Of a stretch of 58,229 nucleotides of DNA, positions 37,637 to 46,604 are shown in pieces. The position numbers were made by a program, and so were the translations under genes. The DNA comes from a candidate division WOR-3 bacterium. GTDB lineage: Bacteria > Hydrothermota > Tepidihabitantia > Tepidihabitantales > Tepidihabitantaceae. Under the pieces are notes generated by a model. It was not told the origin of the DNA and ran no database searches. It saw only the letters and a list, made by a program, of their open reading frames with translations. Position 1 is the first letter of the stretch. Each line of letters begins with the position of its first letter. The stretch covers positions 1-58,229 of the forward strand of contig JAPLUO010000292.1 in NCBI GenBank assembly GCA_026397595.1, given 5' to 3'.

Positions 37637-38680
37637 TCAGCTGGCCGAAAGCCAGTGTTTCTGTTGGAGAACGGACAGCGCCAGGTGTATCTGCTCGGGC
37701 GAGAATCGCTTCTTCCTCGGCCCCCACGCGTAGGTCTTCGCTACGACGTCATCCTCTGTCGCGGCGCCATCCTTCTTCGCAACCCAATGTACAGTGGAAA
37801 GGAGCTCAAGGCCGAATGGAGACTCGAAACCTTCGACAAGGTCAGCTACGCGCTCGACGCGGGTGCGGGTGTCCGGCTGGTCGCTCAATTGCGCGTCTGC
37901 GTCTTTCAGCGCCCCGGGTACTAGCTGCAGTGCCATGCCGGGCCTCTCGCTTCCGTTGACCATACCGGTGATGTAGTAACCGTCAATCTCGTGCAGTACG
38001 AACTTGAGATTCTCGGCATACGGACCGTACGGGGCTGGCTTGTAGCGCAGTTCCAGCGGCTCTCCTGCCTCCTGCATGAAGTACATCAGCTTGTGCACTT
38101 CAAGCAAGGTGACGAACGGGTCAAGCAGACCGGCCAGGTAGCGCCGCATCAATGCCAGCAACGCCGCGCGTCCTGGAGTCATGTGTGCAACGGCTCGCTC
38201 TGCTCTGTCTGGCTTGTGCTGGACGCCTGCCGCTGGCTCGAACACGACCACGCGGACGTCATGCAGCGTCTGGAGTTCCCGCACTATCCTCCGCCGGACT
38301 TCGGCCCAGTTGAGCCCGCCCAGCCCGCTGCCGAGAGGCGGAAGCGCTACGGACCGAATGCCACGCGACTCGATTTCCTGCTTCAGCGAGTGCAGCCCGG
38401 CCTCGATATCCTCGATACGGCTCTTTCCCTGCCAATGACGCTTGGTCGGGAAGTTGATGATATAGCGTGGGTAGGTGAGGTGCCCGGTCTCGTGCACAAA
38501 CATCTTGCCCGGCACAACCTCTTCGCGCCGACAAGCCGCCGCGTACTCCTTGAAATTGGCCGGGAAGGCCAGCTTGAACTGAAGCGCCACGCCTTTGCCC
38601 ATGACGCCGACGCAGTTGACTGTGTTGACCAGTGCTTCTGCGTCCTCGTTGAGGATGTCGCCGCGCTTGAACTCAATCAT
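37637..38680 (-). CDS. darG: DarG-type macrodomain antitoxin
   Basis: GDIL, NTVNCVGVMGKGVA, INFPTKRHW, LGSGLGGLNW, plus C-terminal domain (YGPYAENL, FGLELLSTVHW). Confidence 0.9.
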   Translation of the reverse strand: MIEFKRGDILNEDAEALVNTVNCVGVMGKGVALQFKLAFPANFKEYAAACRREEVVPGKMFVHETGHLTYPRYIINFPTKRHWQGKSRIEDIEAGLHSLKQEIESRGIRSVALPPLGSGLGGLNWAEVRRRIVRELQTLHDVRVVVFEPAAGVQHKPDRAERAVAHMTPGRAALLALMRRYLAGLLDPFVTLLEVHKLMYFMQEAGEPLELRYKPAPYGPYAENLKFVLHEIDGYYITGMVNGSERPGMALQLVPGALKDADAQLSDQPDTRTRVERVADLVEGFESPFGLELLSTVHWVAKKDGAATEDDVVAKTYAWGPRKKRFSPEQIHLALSVLQQKHWLSAS

Positions 38681-38694
38681 GGCTGCCTTTCTGG

Positions 38695-39345
38695 TTAATA
38701 GTACCAATCCGGCCGCACCTCTACAAGAGGCACATGCTCGCATCCGCGCAGCAGCTCCTGCACCCGTTTCCTGATGTTCTCGGAGTGAGTACCGATGCGA
38801 GAAACCAGCTTGAGCGGGAACTGCTCGTGCACGAGGAACTCGGCCTGCTTAGCCTCTTTCACTTCAGCGCGGTAGAAGTCTGTCGCCTGTATGTGTGGCC
38901 AATCGAGTTCCGTCAGTTGCTCGACCTGGGCTCGGAACTGCGCATAGAATGAGCCGGCGTTAGATAACGAGAATGCCCAGCGCTTCTCGTGTCTGTCGGC
39001 CCACGCGACAACTTCGTGCAGGTCGGCCTCCAAGTGGACTATCGGGCCTTCTCCGCCGCGGTAGGTCAGGCTCGGGTGATTCGCCATGTGTATCACGTAG
39101 AGCATTACGGACCGAGGGCAGAAGTAGAAAGGCACGTAATCGCCGACCTTCGTGCCGGGGTGACAAGACACCTCCAGAGACTCTATCCTCCTCTTTTTGA
39201 TCTCCGACATCCCAATGACAACGGCAGGTCCGCCTCGGGCGACTATCGTCGCGTCCGACACAAGACAACCGTCCGCAAGCATACCAGGAAGGTTGTCCAC
39301 TGGCGTGATGTGGTATATCTTCGGCTGCGCCGGGACTCTACTCAA
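38695..39345 (-). CDS. darT: DarT-type (DUF4433) DNA ADP-ribosyltransferase toxin
   Basis: IYHIT, DYVPFYFCPRSVMLY, SNAG, KQAEFLV with the catalytic Glu; directly upstream of the macrodomain gene. Confidence 0.9.
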   Translation of the reverse strand: MSRVPAQPKIYHITPVDNLPGMLADGCLVSDATIVARGGPAVVIGMSEIKKRRIESLEVSCHPGTKVGDYVPFYFCPRSVMLYVIHMANHPSLTYRGGEGPIVHLEADLHEVVAWADRHEKRWAFSLSNAGSFYAQFRAQVEQLTELDWPHIQATDFYRAEVKEAKQAEFLVHEQFPLKLVSRIGTHSENIRKRVQELLRGCEHVPLVEVRPDWYY

Positions 39346-40778
39346 TCCGCTACCTCCGTGTCTTCGCCACCGGCGTCCTCAACATCCTCCTCAGGTTCCT
39401 CATCGACCGGTAATTCCGGCTCCTCGACTTCCTCCGCCTCCTGCGGCAACCCGGCCGCAGCCTCGCGCACGTCCAGCTTCCCGGTCACGACGTCCGCCAC
39501 CAGCCGCGTGCGGTACTCGCGTACGAGACCTACAGCCCGCCTTGCGGACTGAAGACTCCGTTCGATCTCCGTGCATTCTACCCCGATCGCGCTGATAATC
39601 TGCTCTTGCTCTCCCCAGCGTGGTCTCGGCAAGTAGAAGGCACCGAAGTCACTGTATCGCACGCGCGGTGCTCTTTCGCGGACAGACGGACACAACACTA
39701 CGAAGAGACCACGCAGAGCCAGGCTCCGCAGTAGGAGCGCGTAGTACTTCACGACGACATCTGCGCTTCGGGGCTCGCAAATGACGTACTCAGGCGAACA
39801 CTTACCCTCCGAGTCTGAAACACCAATTGCTCCAGCAAAGGCGTCCATTGAGTGGAGAACTAGTTGGCCAGCCTTGATACCCTGATAGCCAAGCTCCTTG
39901 ATTGCGTTGGTGAACCCCGCGACCCGCCGGTTCCGTCGCAGCGTGACCTGCCCGTCCCTGAAGCACGTGACCATCTCTGCGTTCGCTGGTATCGGCGACG
40001 CGACTTGACGTAGAAGCAGCTTCGCACGATAGAGTGTCCAATGCTGCGGCACATCCCCCATCCAGGCCACACCGGAGGGCTTGAGCTTCACGTCTGGGTC
40101 GAGGCCGCGAGTGACGGCCTTGTGGATGACGGCCTGCTTCTGCTCGTTCAGCAGGGCAATCAGCTTCTGCTTTGCCCGGATGTACTTCCGAATCCGCCGG
40201 TCCATGTAGTCGAGGAACCGCACGATGGCCGATTGCTCGGATGGCGACGGAACTAGGCATGGCAGGTACTTGAAGTCAACCCAATCCAGATTCTGCCTAA
40301 GTCCAGAGCCAAGTCCGTAGAAGACCTTGAGCAGGTCATACGTATGCAGCAGTTGGAAGCCGAACTCGCGGGACAGCTTGCCGTCGGTATGGAAGCACAA
40401 GTAAGCGGACGTGATGATGCCACGATGATTGGAGAGGCCGAAGCGCAGGCTGTTCCAGTCATTCTGAAGGTCCGTCGGCCTGCAGACGATGTCTCCCGGT
40501 TCGACTATCTGGTACGTCTCGAACGAAGCGGGCACAAGTCCGTGGAGTTTCTCAGGTGGTCTGACGACAATTCTCCCGTAGCTCAAAGACAGCACCGTCT
40601 TCTCCTGCATACCGGTGTTGGAAGTGCACTTCTCGCGATAGCAGGCTCGACCCGGAAGAATATCCCATCCTGCCGGCACGTCTCCCAACCACGGCACGCC
40701 GGAGGGCTTGTAGGAAGGGTAAGGCTTGAGGCTTGATCTCCGGCAGGTGGAAGCGTCCCGAAGCGTTACCTTGGTCAT
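39342..40778 (-). CDS. hsdS: Type I R-M specificity subunit S with acidic tail
   Basis: KPYPSYKPSGVPWLG, EQSAIVRFLD, AVTRGLDPDVKLKPSG, EYRTRLVADVVTGKLDVR. Confidence 0.92.
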   Translation of the reverse strand: MTKVTLRDASTCRRSSLKPYPSYKPSGVPWLGDVPAGWDILPGRACYREKCTSNTGMQEKTVLSLSYGRIVVRPPEKLHGLVPASFETYQIVEPGDIVCRPTDLQNDWNSLRFGLSNHRGIITSAYLCFHTDGKLSREFGFQLLHTYDLLKVFYGLGSGLRQNLDWVDFKYLPCLVPSPSEQSAIVRFLDYMDRRIRKYIRAKQKLIALLNEQKQAVIHKAVTRGLDPDVKLKPSGVAWMGDVPQHWTLYRAKLLLRQVASPIPANAEMVTCFRDGQVTLRRNRRVAGFTNAIKELGYQGIKAGQLVLHSMDAFAGAIGVSDSEGKCSPEYVICEPRSADVVVKYYALLLRSLALRGLFVVLCPSVRERAPRVRYSDFGAFYLPRPRWGEQEQIISAIGVECTEIERSLQSARRAVGLVREYRTRLVADVVTGKLDVREAAAGLPQEAEEVEEPELPVDEEPEEDVEDAGGEDTEVAD

Positions 40779-40987
40779 GCGCGCGCGTATCGGAATGCCC
40801 CCTTTATGCTAAGCGCCAAGAACTGTCCTTTGGAGGGCGCGGTCTTCATCTGCTCAAAGACGTTCAGGGGAACATCGTAGTACTGATAGACGTTTCCGCT
40901 CTTGAACTCAACGGATAGCACCTGGTTCGCCTCGTCATAGCCAAACCGGGCAATGTTTGTGGACTCCGGCGACTCAATCCAATTTAC
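40775..40987 (-). CDS. KTSC domain protein, 70 codons, non-canonical GTA start (or start-loss pseudogene)
   Basis: Manual translation VNWIESPESTNIARFGYDEANQVLSVEFKSGNVYQYYDVPLNVFEQMKTAPSKGQFLALSIKGAFRYARA*; GGAGG 7 nt upstream; stop overlaps the hsdS ATG. Confidence 0.85.
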   Translation of the reverse strand, partial: VNWIESPESTNIARFGYDEANQVLSVEFKSGNVYQYYDVPLNVFEQMKTAPSKGQFLALSIKGAFRYARA

Positions 40988-42906
40988 GATTTGGCCTCCT
41001 TGTCTTTAGGTTGTCTGGCATCCTTAGTGGACGCCTCCTTGTGGTCGTAATGTGGGTTTTGTCTTCGCCACAGGCGTACGACGGCGGCATAGTCCTGGGT
41101 ATCCCGTTTCTGATTCCAGCCGCCCGCTCCGTCGAACCCATCGCGTTGGAGACTCCCTCGCACGACTACGCGCGGGTCTTCGCTGTCCGGCTTGCGGTTC
41201 TTGGCGGGAGGGTCAATCAACGTGCGTATTGGCAGCGACACGGCTTCACCGACGATAATTGCCTCCCCCGTGCGCAGGGCAGGCAGCATGTCGAACAGAC
41301 CCTTGAGGTTGTCAGATGCGGCGCTTGTGACCTGGCCACGGTCCGTCTCATTGGCCAGTCGCATAGCGAAGAGGGTACCACACTGGGATAGAATCGTCGG
41401 GTCGATTTCTGATGGGCGTTGGCTGACAAGCATGATACCCACCCCATACTTGCGGCCCTCCTTGGCGATTCGGCGAACGGCTGCGGCCGCGGCCCCGGAG
41501 TTCTCTTTGCCAAGATAGGCGTGGGCCTCCTCAAGAACAACAAGCAAGGGACGTTCCCGCCCGCCTTCGGGTAGCTTTCTTGCCCAGAACAACGCATCAT
41601 AGAGAATCCGCAACAACGCGCCGATCAGGTCGTTCAGTACCGACGATGGAATGCCCGACAGATCCAAGATCGTTATTGGGCTCTTCCCACCGATCCACTT
41701 CTCCAGAAGGCTATCCAAGTCCTTCGTGGTCTTGCCGTCGAGATCGGGCAGCCAATCGCCAGGTCTAAACAGGAAGCCGAAACGGGGATCACGGAGCTTC
41801 GATGCTAATCCCGCCAGTTGCTGGCGAACCCCAATCCCCTCGTTCGTATACTGCACGCGCTCTTCTGGTTTGCCAGTCGTCTTGACGTTGCGGAAAAGAG
41901 GCGGCGTGACAGACATTGCATCGCCGGTCTGAACCGGCTTGCCCTGATCGTCCAACACATAGGCTGGCATCCGCTCATCCGCACTGCCTCCGGGTTTGGG
42001 CACGACAGTCACGTACTCGCGTCGGTGCAGTTCAAGCCACATCTTGTGGATACAGAATGGAACAGGTGAGTCGACCGTGACCGTGTCCGCGGTCACGCCA
42101 TCGCGTGGTTGACTGGTCAGAGATTCCCTCTTGAGCTGGAACACAAAGTCGGAAATCGTAGCCGCTTTCTGGCCATCAAGACCTCCGAAGCCGACCGAAA
42201 CCAACTCGTCGAAACTCAATGCCCAGAAGGGAATGTGGAGCGGACGTTCTCTTGCGGATTCCTCTGCACCGACACGGAAGACGGAGCAGAGACCATGGAG
42301 AGCCTTTGCGTATTCACCGTGGATGTCGAGGATAAGAATGCGAGCCGACGGATATCGCGTGGAATCGGCAAGAGACGAAAGAAGCCCGGCGACGGTCGTG
42401 GACTTACCCGCGCCTGTTGTGCCGACCACGGCAGCATGGCGGGTCACGAGTGCGTTGATGTTGATGAGCGATGGAATGGCCTCCGAACTCGCCAAATGAC
42501 CAACAGGAACGAAATCATCTGGATCACCCGACCCATAGATGGTTCGCAAGTCCTGCTCGGTGACAAGATGCGCCTCATCGCCGATGGTCGGGTACTGCGA
42601 GATGCCGCGTTGGAACTTAGCTGACCGCTGGCCTTCCCCGACGAGCTGCACCTTCAGCCATCGGTAGCCGAAGGGTTCGACTTTGGCCAACGCTTCCGGT
42701 ACCGCTCCCGCGCCGACCTGCGACACGATCCCGAAGAGATTGGTAAGTCCGATAGGTATGCGGACGAAACTCCCGACTTGGCCGATGCGATAGCCGTGGC
42801 CGTCAATGAACGCTAGCCCGGACACTGTGTCCTTGTCGAGTGCAATGCTGATGGTCGCGCCCTGGACGTCCTGTACTGTCCCCAGGTAGGTCGGACTATT
42901 GGGCAT
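40984..42906 (-). CDS. herA: HerA/DUF87 family ATPase with HAS barrel
   Basis: GQVGSFVRI barrel, GTTGAGKS, DIHGEY, VLEEAH, KEGRKYG, SQRPSE; ATG at 42906. Confidence 0.9.
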   Translation of the reverse strand: MPNSPTYLGTVQDVQGATISIALDKDTVSGLAFIDGHGYRIGQVGSFVRIPIGLTNLFGIVSQVGAGAVPEALAKVEPFGYRWLKVQLVGEGQRSAKFQRGISQYPTIGDEAHLVTEQDLRTIYGSGDPDDFVPVGHLASSEAIPSLININALVTRHAAVVGTTGAGKSTTVAGLLSSLADSTRYPSARILILDIHGEYAKALHGLCSVFRVGAEESARERPLHIPFWALSFDELVSVGFGGLDGQKAATISDFVFQLKRESLTSQPRDGVTADTVTVDSPVPFCIHKMWLELHRREYVTVVPKPGGSADERMPAYVLDDQGKPVQTGDAMSVTPPLFRNVKTTGKPEERVQYTNEGIGVRQQLAGLASKLRDPRFGFLFRPGDWLPDLDGKTTKDLDSLLEKWIGGKSPITILDLSGIPSSVLNDLIGALLRILYDALFWARKLPEGGRERPLLVVLEEAHAYLGKENSGAAAAAVRRIAKEGRKYGVGIMLVSQRPSEIDPTILSQCGTLFAMRLANETDRGQVTSAASDNLKGLFDMLPALRTGEAIIVGEAVSLPIRTLIDPPAKNRKPDSEDPRVVVRGSLQRDGFDGAGGWNQKRDTQDYAAVVRLWRRQNPHYDHKEASTKDARQPKDKEAKS

Positions 42907-44116
42907 TGGCGACCTCGGGCGGCTGACGCACATTGCCTGCCAATTCCTTGAGGAACTCCCCGAAAACAGCGAAATCCCCGAGGGTGAAATTGGCCGTTCG
43001 CTTGCCGTTTTCATTTGCCGGATCAATCGGCATCCACTTGACCCACTCGTCATTGTCTGCCGACACGGTCTCCGCGTCTCTTTCCGGCCACCTGGATTCT
43101 TGGCCGCCGATGACCGCGCCGTCGCGCGCTAGAATAATGAGATTGGAGCGTTTGGAGGCAAGAGAGACAGCCTGCGAGTACTCTGCAATCACGTCAAAGA
43201 GCAGTGCAAAGGCAACAGCGGTCTGCGTGCATTCAAGCCCCTGCACGATAACCTCGTTGATGTGTTGGTCGCGGAAGGAGTAGCCGCAGAGGAAAAGCGT
43301 GGCGGTAGGGAGCTTGAGGAACGCCCGCAGTCGGTCGATCATGGCGAGGTAGGGCATCCGCCTGCTCTCCTGGTATTTCAGATACGAGGGATGAATGACG
43401 CGCCTTGAGCCTTCGTCCCCTTGGGTCGTTCCACGACATACACCTTTATTGGGAACCTGGTACCAATTGATCGAGCCGTGCAGTTTCCACAAACGCGCCC
43501 AGCGCGGCGGAAGTAGATCTTCCTCCATTGCCCGAAGGTCGAAGAACGGCTTCCGTACCCCTGCGAAACCGTCGAAGTACGGAACGCAGGAATCCTCGAA
43601 CGCCTGCTCCATCAGCAAATCATAGTTGGTCGTGAATACCTCAACAGGGTTCTCGCGACGGACTGCATCCACCCAAGTTGCGATGCGATGGTAGGGCGTC
43701 TCTGTACCAGGGAGCGTCTTGTCTGCGATTTGCTGGATGAGTTGGCAGATTCTGTCATCCAACTGATCCAGTTTCCCGGCGGTCAGGCCGCGCACAACGT
43801 CTTTACCCGCGACGGCGCGGAGGGCACGGATGTGGGTGAGCATGTCTTCCACGGTCGTGTCCGTACGCTCATCTTTCTTGAAGTGCTCCTCGATGGTCTT
43901 CAGGAGGGGGCCGCAGTCCTTGCACTTGGCCAGATCACCGCGGACCAACTTGGTGATCCCGGCGATGTCGGGAATCAGTGGCGACTCTCCGTCAGCGCCC
44001 ACTCTTACAGCCACGGGGCAGCCGGCGCCGAGGAGAAACCCGAGCGGTTTCTTGTCGCTGGACAGGCATTGTTGCAGGTAACCAACTTGCCTCTTGGGAT
44101 CTTGAATGCAGTTCAT
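42896..44116 (-). CDS. SIR2-like (SIR2_2) protein, predicted NADase
   Basis: LLGAGC, FTTNYDLLME, KLHGSINW, GYSFRDQHIN. Confidence 0.9.
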   Translation of the reverse strand: MNCIQDPKRQVGYLQQCLSSDKKPLGFLLGAGCPVAVRVGADGESPLIPDIAGITKLVRGDLAKCKDCGPLLKTIEEHFKKDERTDTTVEDMLTHIRALRAVAGKDVVRGLTAGKLDQLDDRICQLIQQIADKTLPGTETPYHRIATWVDAVRRENPVEVFTTNYDLLMEQAFEDSCVPYFDGFAGVRKPFFDLRAMEEDLLPPRWARLWKLHGSINWYQVPNKGVCRGTTQGDEGSRRVIHPSYLKYQESRRMPYLAMIDRLRAFLKLPTATLFLCGYSFRDQHINEVIVQGLECTQTAVAFALLFDVIAEYSQAVSLASKRSNLIILARDGAVIGGQESRWPERDAETVSADNDEWVKWMPIDPANENGKRTANFTLGDFAVFGEFLKELAGNVRQPPEVANAQ

Positions 44117-46092
44117 TGTCCACCTCTCTCAGTGATCTCGTCGAGCAATCCCTCTGTCTTCTCCTGAACCGCCCTGATGTCGGCGCGGATTTCTTCGAGC
44201 GTGCGGAGCGGCTGGGGCTTGTAGAAGTAGCGGGTGAAGCTGATTTCGTAGCCGGTCTTGGTGCTGGGTTCGTCAATCCAGGCGTCCGGCGCGTAGGGCA
44301 GCACTTCGCGGCGGATGAAAGCCTCGACGCCACCCTCTTCCAGCAAAGGAATCTGCTCGGTGTCGCGCAGGTCCGGGTCGGGCTCGTACTCGACCGCGCA
44401 CTTCTTGCCGCCGATGGTGGCCTCGAAGAAACCTCGCAGTGGGTCAGGCTGCATCTTGCCCGGCTTGTGAATCTTCACGATGACCGGCGGGGCGTCCGTG
44501 TCGCGCTCGCTGCTCTCTTTGAGCGCCTTGATTTCCTTCGGCGTGTAGGCGCGGTTCGGGTCAATGCCCTTCAGGCGCAGTGGCCGCTCGACCGTCACCT
44601 TCCAGTAGCCAAAGGCCGCGTTCGGGAATATCTTCGACTGTTTGGTCTCCTTGAAGGCGAGGAAGGTGTCGCAGATGCGTTTGATGTCTTCTTCCGCCAG
44701 TTCGCAGTTCTTCTTGCCGAGGTTCTTGCGCAACGGCTTGAACCACTGCGTTGCGTCAATGAGTTGCACCTTGCCTTTGCGATGCTCAGGCTTGCGGTTG
44801 GAGAGCACCCAGATGTAGGTCGCGATGCCGGTGTTGTAGAACATGTTGAGCGGCAAGGCGACGATGGCCTCAAGCCAGTCGCTCTCGATAATCCAGCGCC
44901 GGATGTTGCTCTCGCCCTGGCCCGCGTCGCCGGTGAAGAGCGACGAGCCGTTGTGCACCTCGGCGATGCGGCTGCCGAGCTTGGTGTTGTGCTTCATCTT
45001 GGAGAGCATGTTGGCGAGGAAGAGCATCTGGCCGTCGCTGGAGCGCGTGATTAGCGAGTATTCCGCGTCACCCGCACGCGTGATGAGGAAGCGCGGGTCC
45101 TTGATGCCCTCTTTGCCGCCCATCCGTTCGAGGTCGGTCTTCCAGCTTTTGCCGTAGGGCGGGTTAGAGAGCATGAAGTCGAACTTGCGCGACCGGAAGG
45201 CGTCGGCCGAAAGCGTCGAATGCTCCGGCCCGCCGATGATGTTGTCGGCAGCAGACCCCTCGCCTTTGAGCAGCAGGTCGGCTTTGGCGATAGCGTAGGT
45301 CTCGGAGTTGATCTCCTGACCGTACAGGTGAATGGAGACTTGCTTGCCACGGTCCTTGGCGAGCTGCTTGAGCGTTTCCTCGGCCACGGTGAGCATGCCG
45401 AGGGTGCCGCACGCGCCGTCATACAAGAGGTAGGTGCCGGACTCCAACTTGTCCGCAATCGGCATGAAGATGAGCCGCGCCATCAGCTTGACCGCATCGC
45501 GCGGAGTCCAGTGCTCGCCCGCTTCCTCGTTGTTCTCTTCGTTGAAGCGGCGGACAAGCTCCTCGAAAACCGTGCCCATTCCGTGGTTGTCGAGGCCGGG
45601 CAGCCTCACCGAGCCGTCCGCGTTCAAGACCGGGTCCGGGCTCAAGTTGATGTCGTGGTCCAGGTACTTCTCAATCAGCGTACCGAGCGCGTCGGCTTTG
45701 GACAGGCGCGGAATCTGGTTGCGGAACTCGAAGCATTCGAGGACATCCTGCACGTTGGGCGAGAAGCCGTTGAGATAGGCCTCGAAGTCGGTGCGAAGCT
45801 GTTGCTGGCTGGCGCGGGCGCGCAGGTCACGGAGCGTGAACGATGATGTGTTGTAGAAGTCCTGGCCGGCCGCGCCTCGCAGCGCGCGGTCCTTGTTGGT
45901 GATGCGTGCCTTGTCGAGCGTGGCGTTCATTTCGAGCACGGCCTGTTTGGTCGGTTCGAGAACCCCGTCGAGCCTTCGCAGCACCGTCATCGGCAGAATC
46001 ACGTCGCGGTACTTCCCGCGAACGTACAAGTCGCGGAGCACGTCATCGGCGATGCCCCAGATGAAGTTGGCGATTCCGTTCAGGTCGTACAT
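44113..46092 (-). CDS. hsdM: Type I R-M methyltransferase subunit M
   Basis: FIWGIADDVLRD, GEHWTPRD, DGACGT, NPPY, FYNTGIATY. Confidence 0.95.
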   Translation of the reverse strand: MYDLNGIANFIWGIADDVLRDLYVRGKYRDVILPMTVLRRLDGVLEPTKQAVLEMNATLDKARITNKDRALRGAAGQDFYNTSSFTLRDLRARASQQQLRTDFEAYLNGFSPNVQDVLECFEFRNQIPRLSKADALGTLIEKYLDHDINLSPDPVLNADGSVRLPGLDNHGMGTVFEELVRRFNEENNEEAGEHWTPRDAVKLMARLIFMPIADKLESGTYLLYDGACGTLGMLTVAEETLKQLAKDRGKQVSIHLYGQEINSETYAIAKADLLLKGEGSAADNIIGGPEHSTLSADAFRSRKFDFMLSNPPYGKSWKTDLERMGGKEGIKDPRFLITRAGDAEYSLITRSSDGQMLFLANMLSKMKHNTKLGSRIAEVHNGSSLFTGDAGQGESNIRRWIIESDWLEAIVALPLNMFYNTGIATYIWVLSNRKPEHRKGKVQLIDATQWFKPLRKNLGKKNCELAEEDIKRICDTFLAFKETKQSKIFPNAAFGYWKVTVERPLRLKGIDPNRAYTPKEIKALKESSERDTDAPPVIVKIHKPGKMQPDPLRGFFEATIGGKKCAVEYEPDPDLRDTEQIPLLEEGGVEAFIRREVLPYAPDAWIDEPSTKTGYEISFTRYFYKPQPLRTLEEIRADIRAVQEKTEGLLDEITERGGQ

Positions 46093-46134
46093 GTCACCTC
46101 ACGCCGGCATTACAGTCTGCAACATAGACGCGGT

Positions 46135-46162
46135 ATCTTAAGTGCAGGCGGACAGAAGTCAA
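46135..46162 (-). promoter_or_regulatory. Sigma70-type promoter for the defence operon
   Basis: TTGACT-16 bp-TAAGAT; GAGGTG RBS before ATG 46092. Confidence 0.6.
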
Positions 46163-46224
46163 GCCAGCGCGCGGGCCGGTGTCAAACCGGTGCACGGACG
46201 CAGGGCGCAACGGGTGGGCTGAGC

Positions 46225-46515
46225 TAATTCGCGAAGGTTGTGGTGGCTGTTGTTGCAGTAGTTGCCACGATGCCTGCAAAGGGTATCGCGAGGAAGGTCG
46301 CCGCGGTTGTTGTCAGATGACTTGTGCCGTGCATATTCAGCGGACTTTCCGCGATAGCCGCAGGGACTGAAATCAGGATGGTTCCAGCGAGTCTTGTCGC
46401 AGGTATTGTCGGGAGTACCGCAGGAACCGAATCAGTGATGGTTGTGCCATAGGTCTTCGCAAGAGCCTTGTCAGTACTTACGGCAGCACCTTCAGACGTA
46501 CTTGTGCCGAGGGTC
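46225..46515. repeat. Highly degenerate 12-bp-period array
   Basis: Minus frame gives a Thr/Ala-rich four-residue periodicity. Confidence 0.45.
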
Positions 46516-46604
46516 ATGACTCACTCAATGGCCCGGGGGAAGGCTGCCGACAGAAGCGATAGAGCGATAAGCGATGAGCGAGGAGGGAGTTAGACAATTC
46601 AGAA

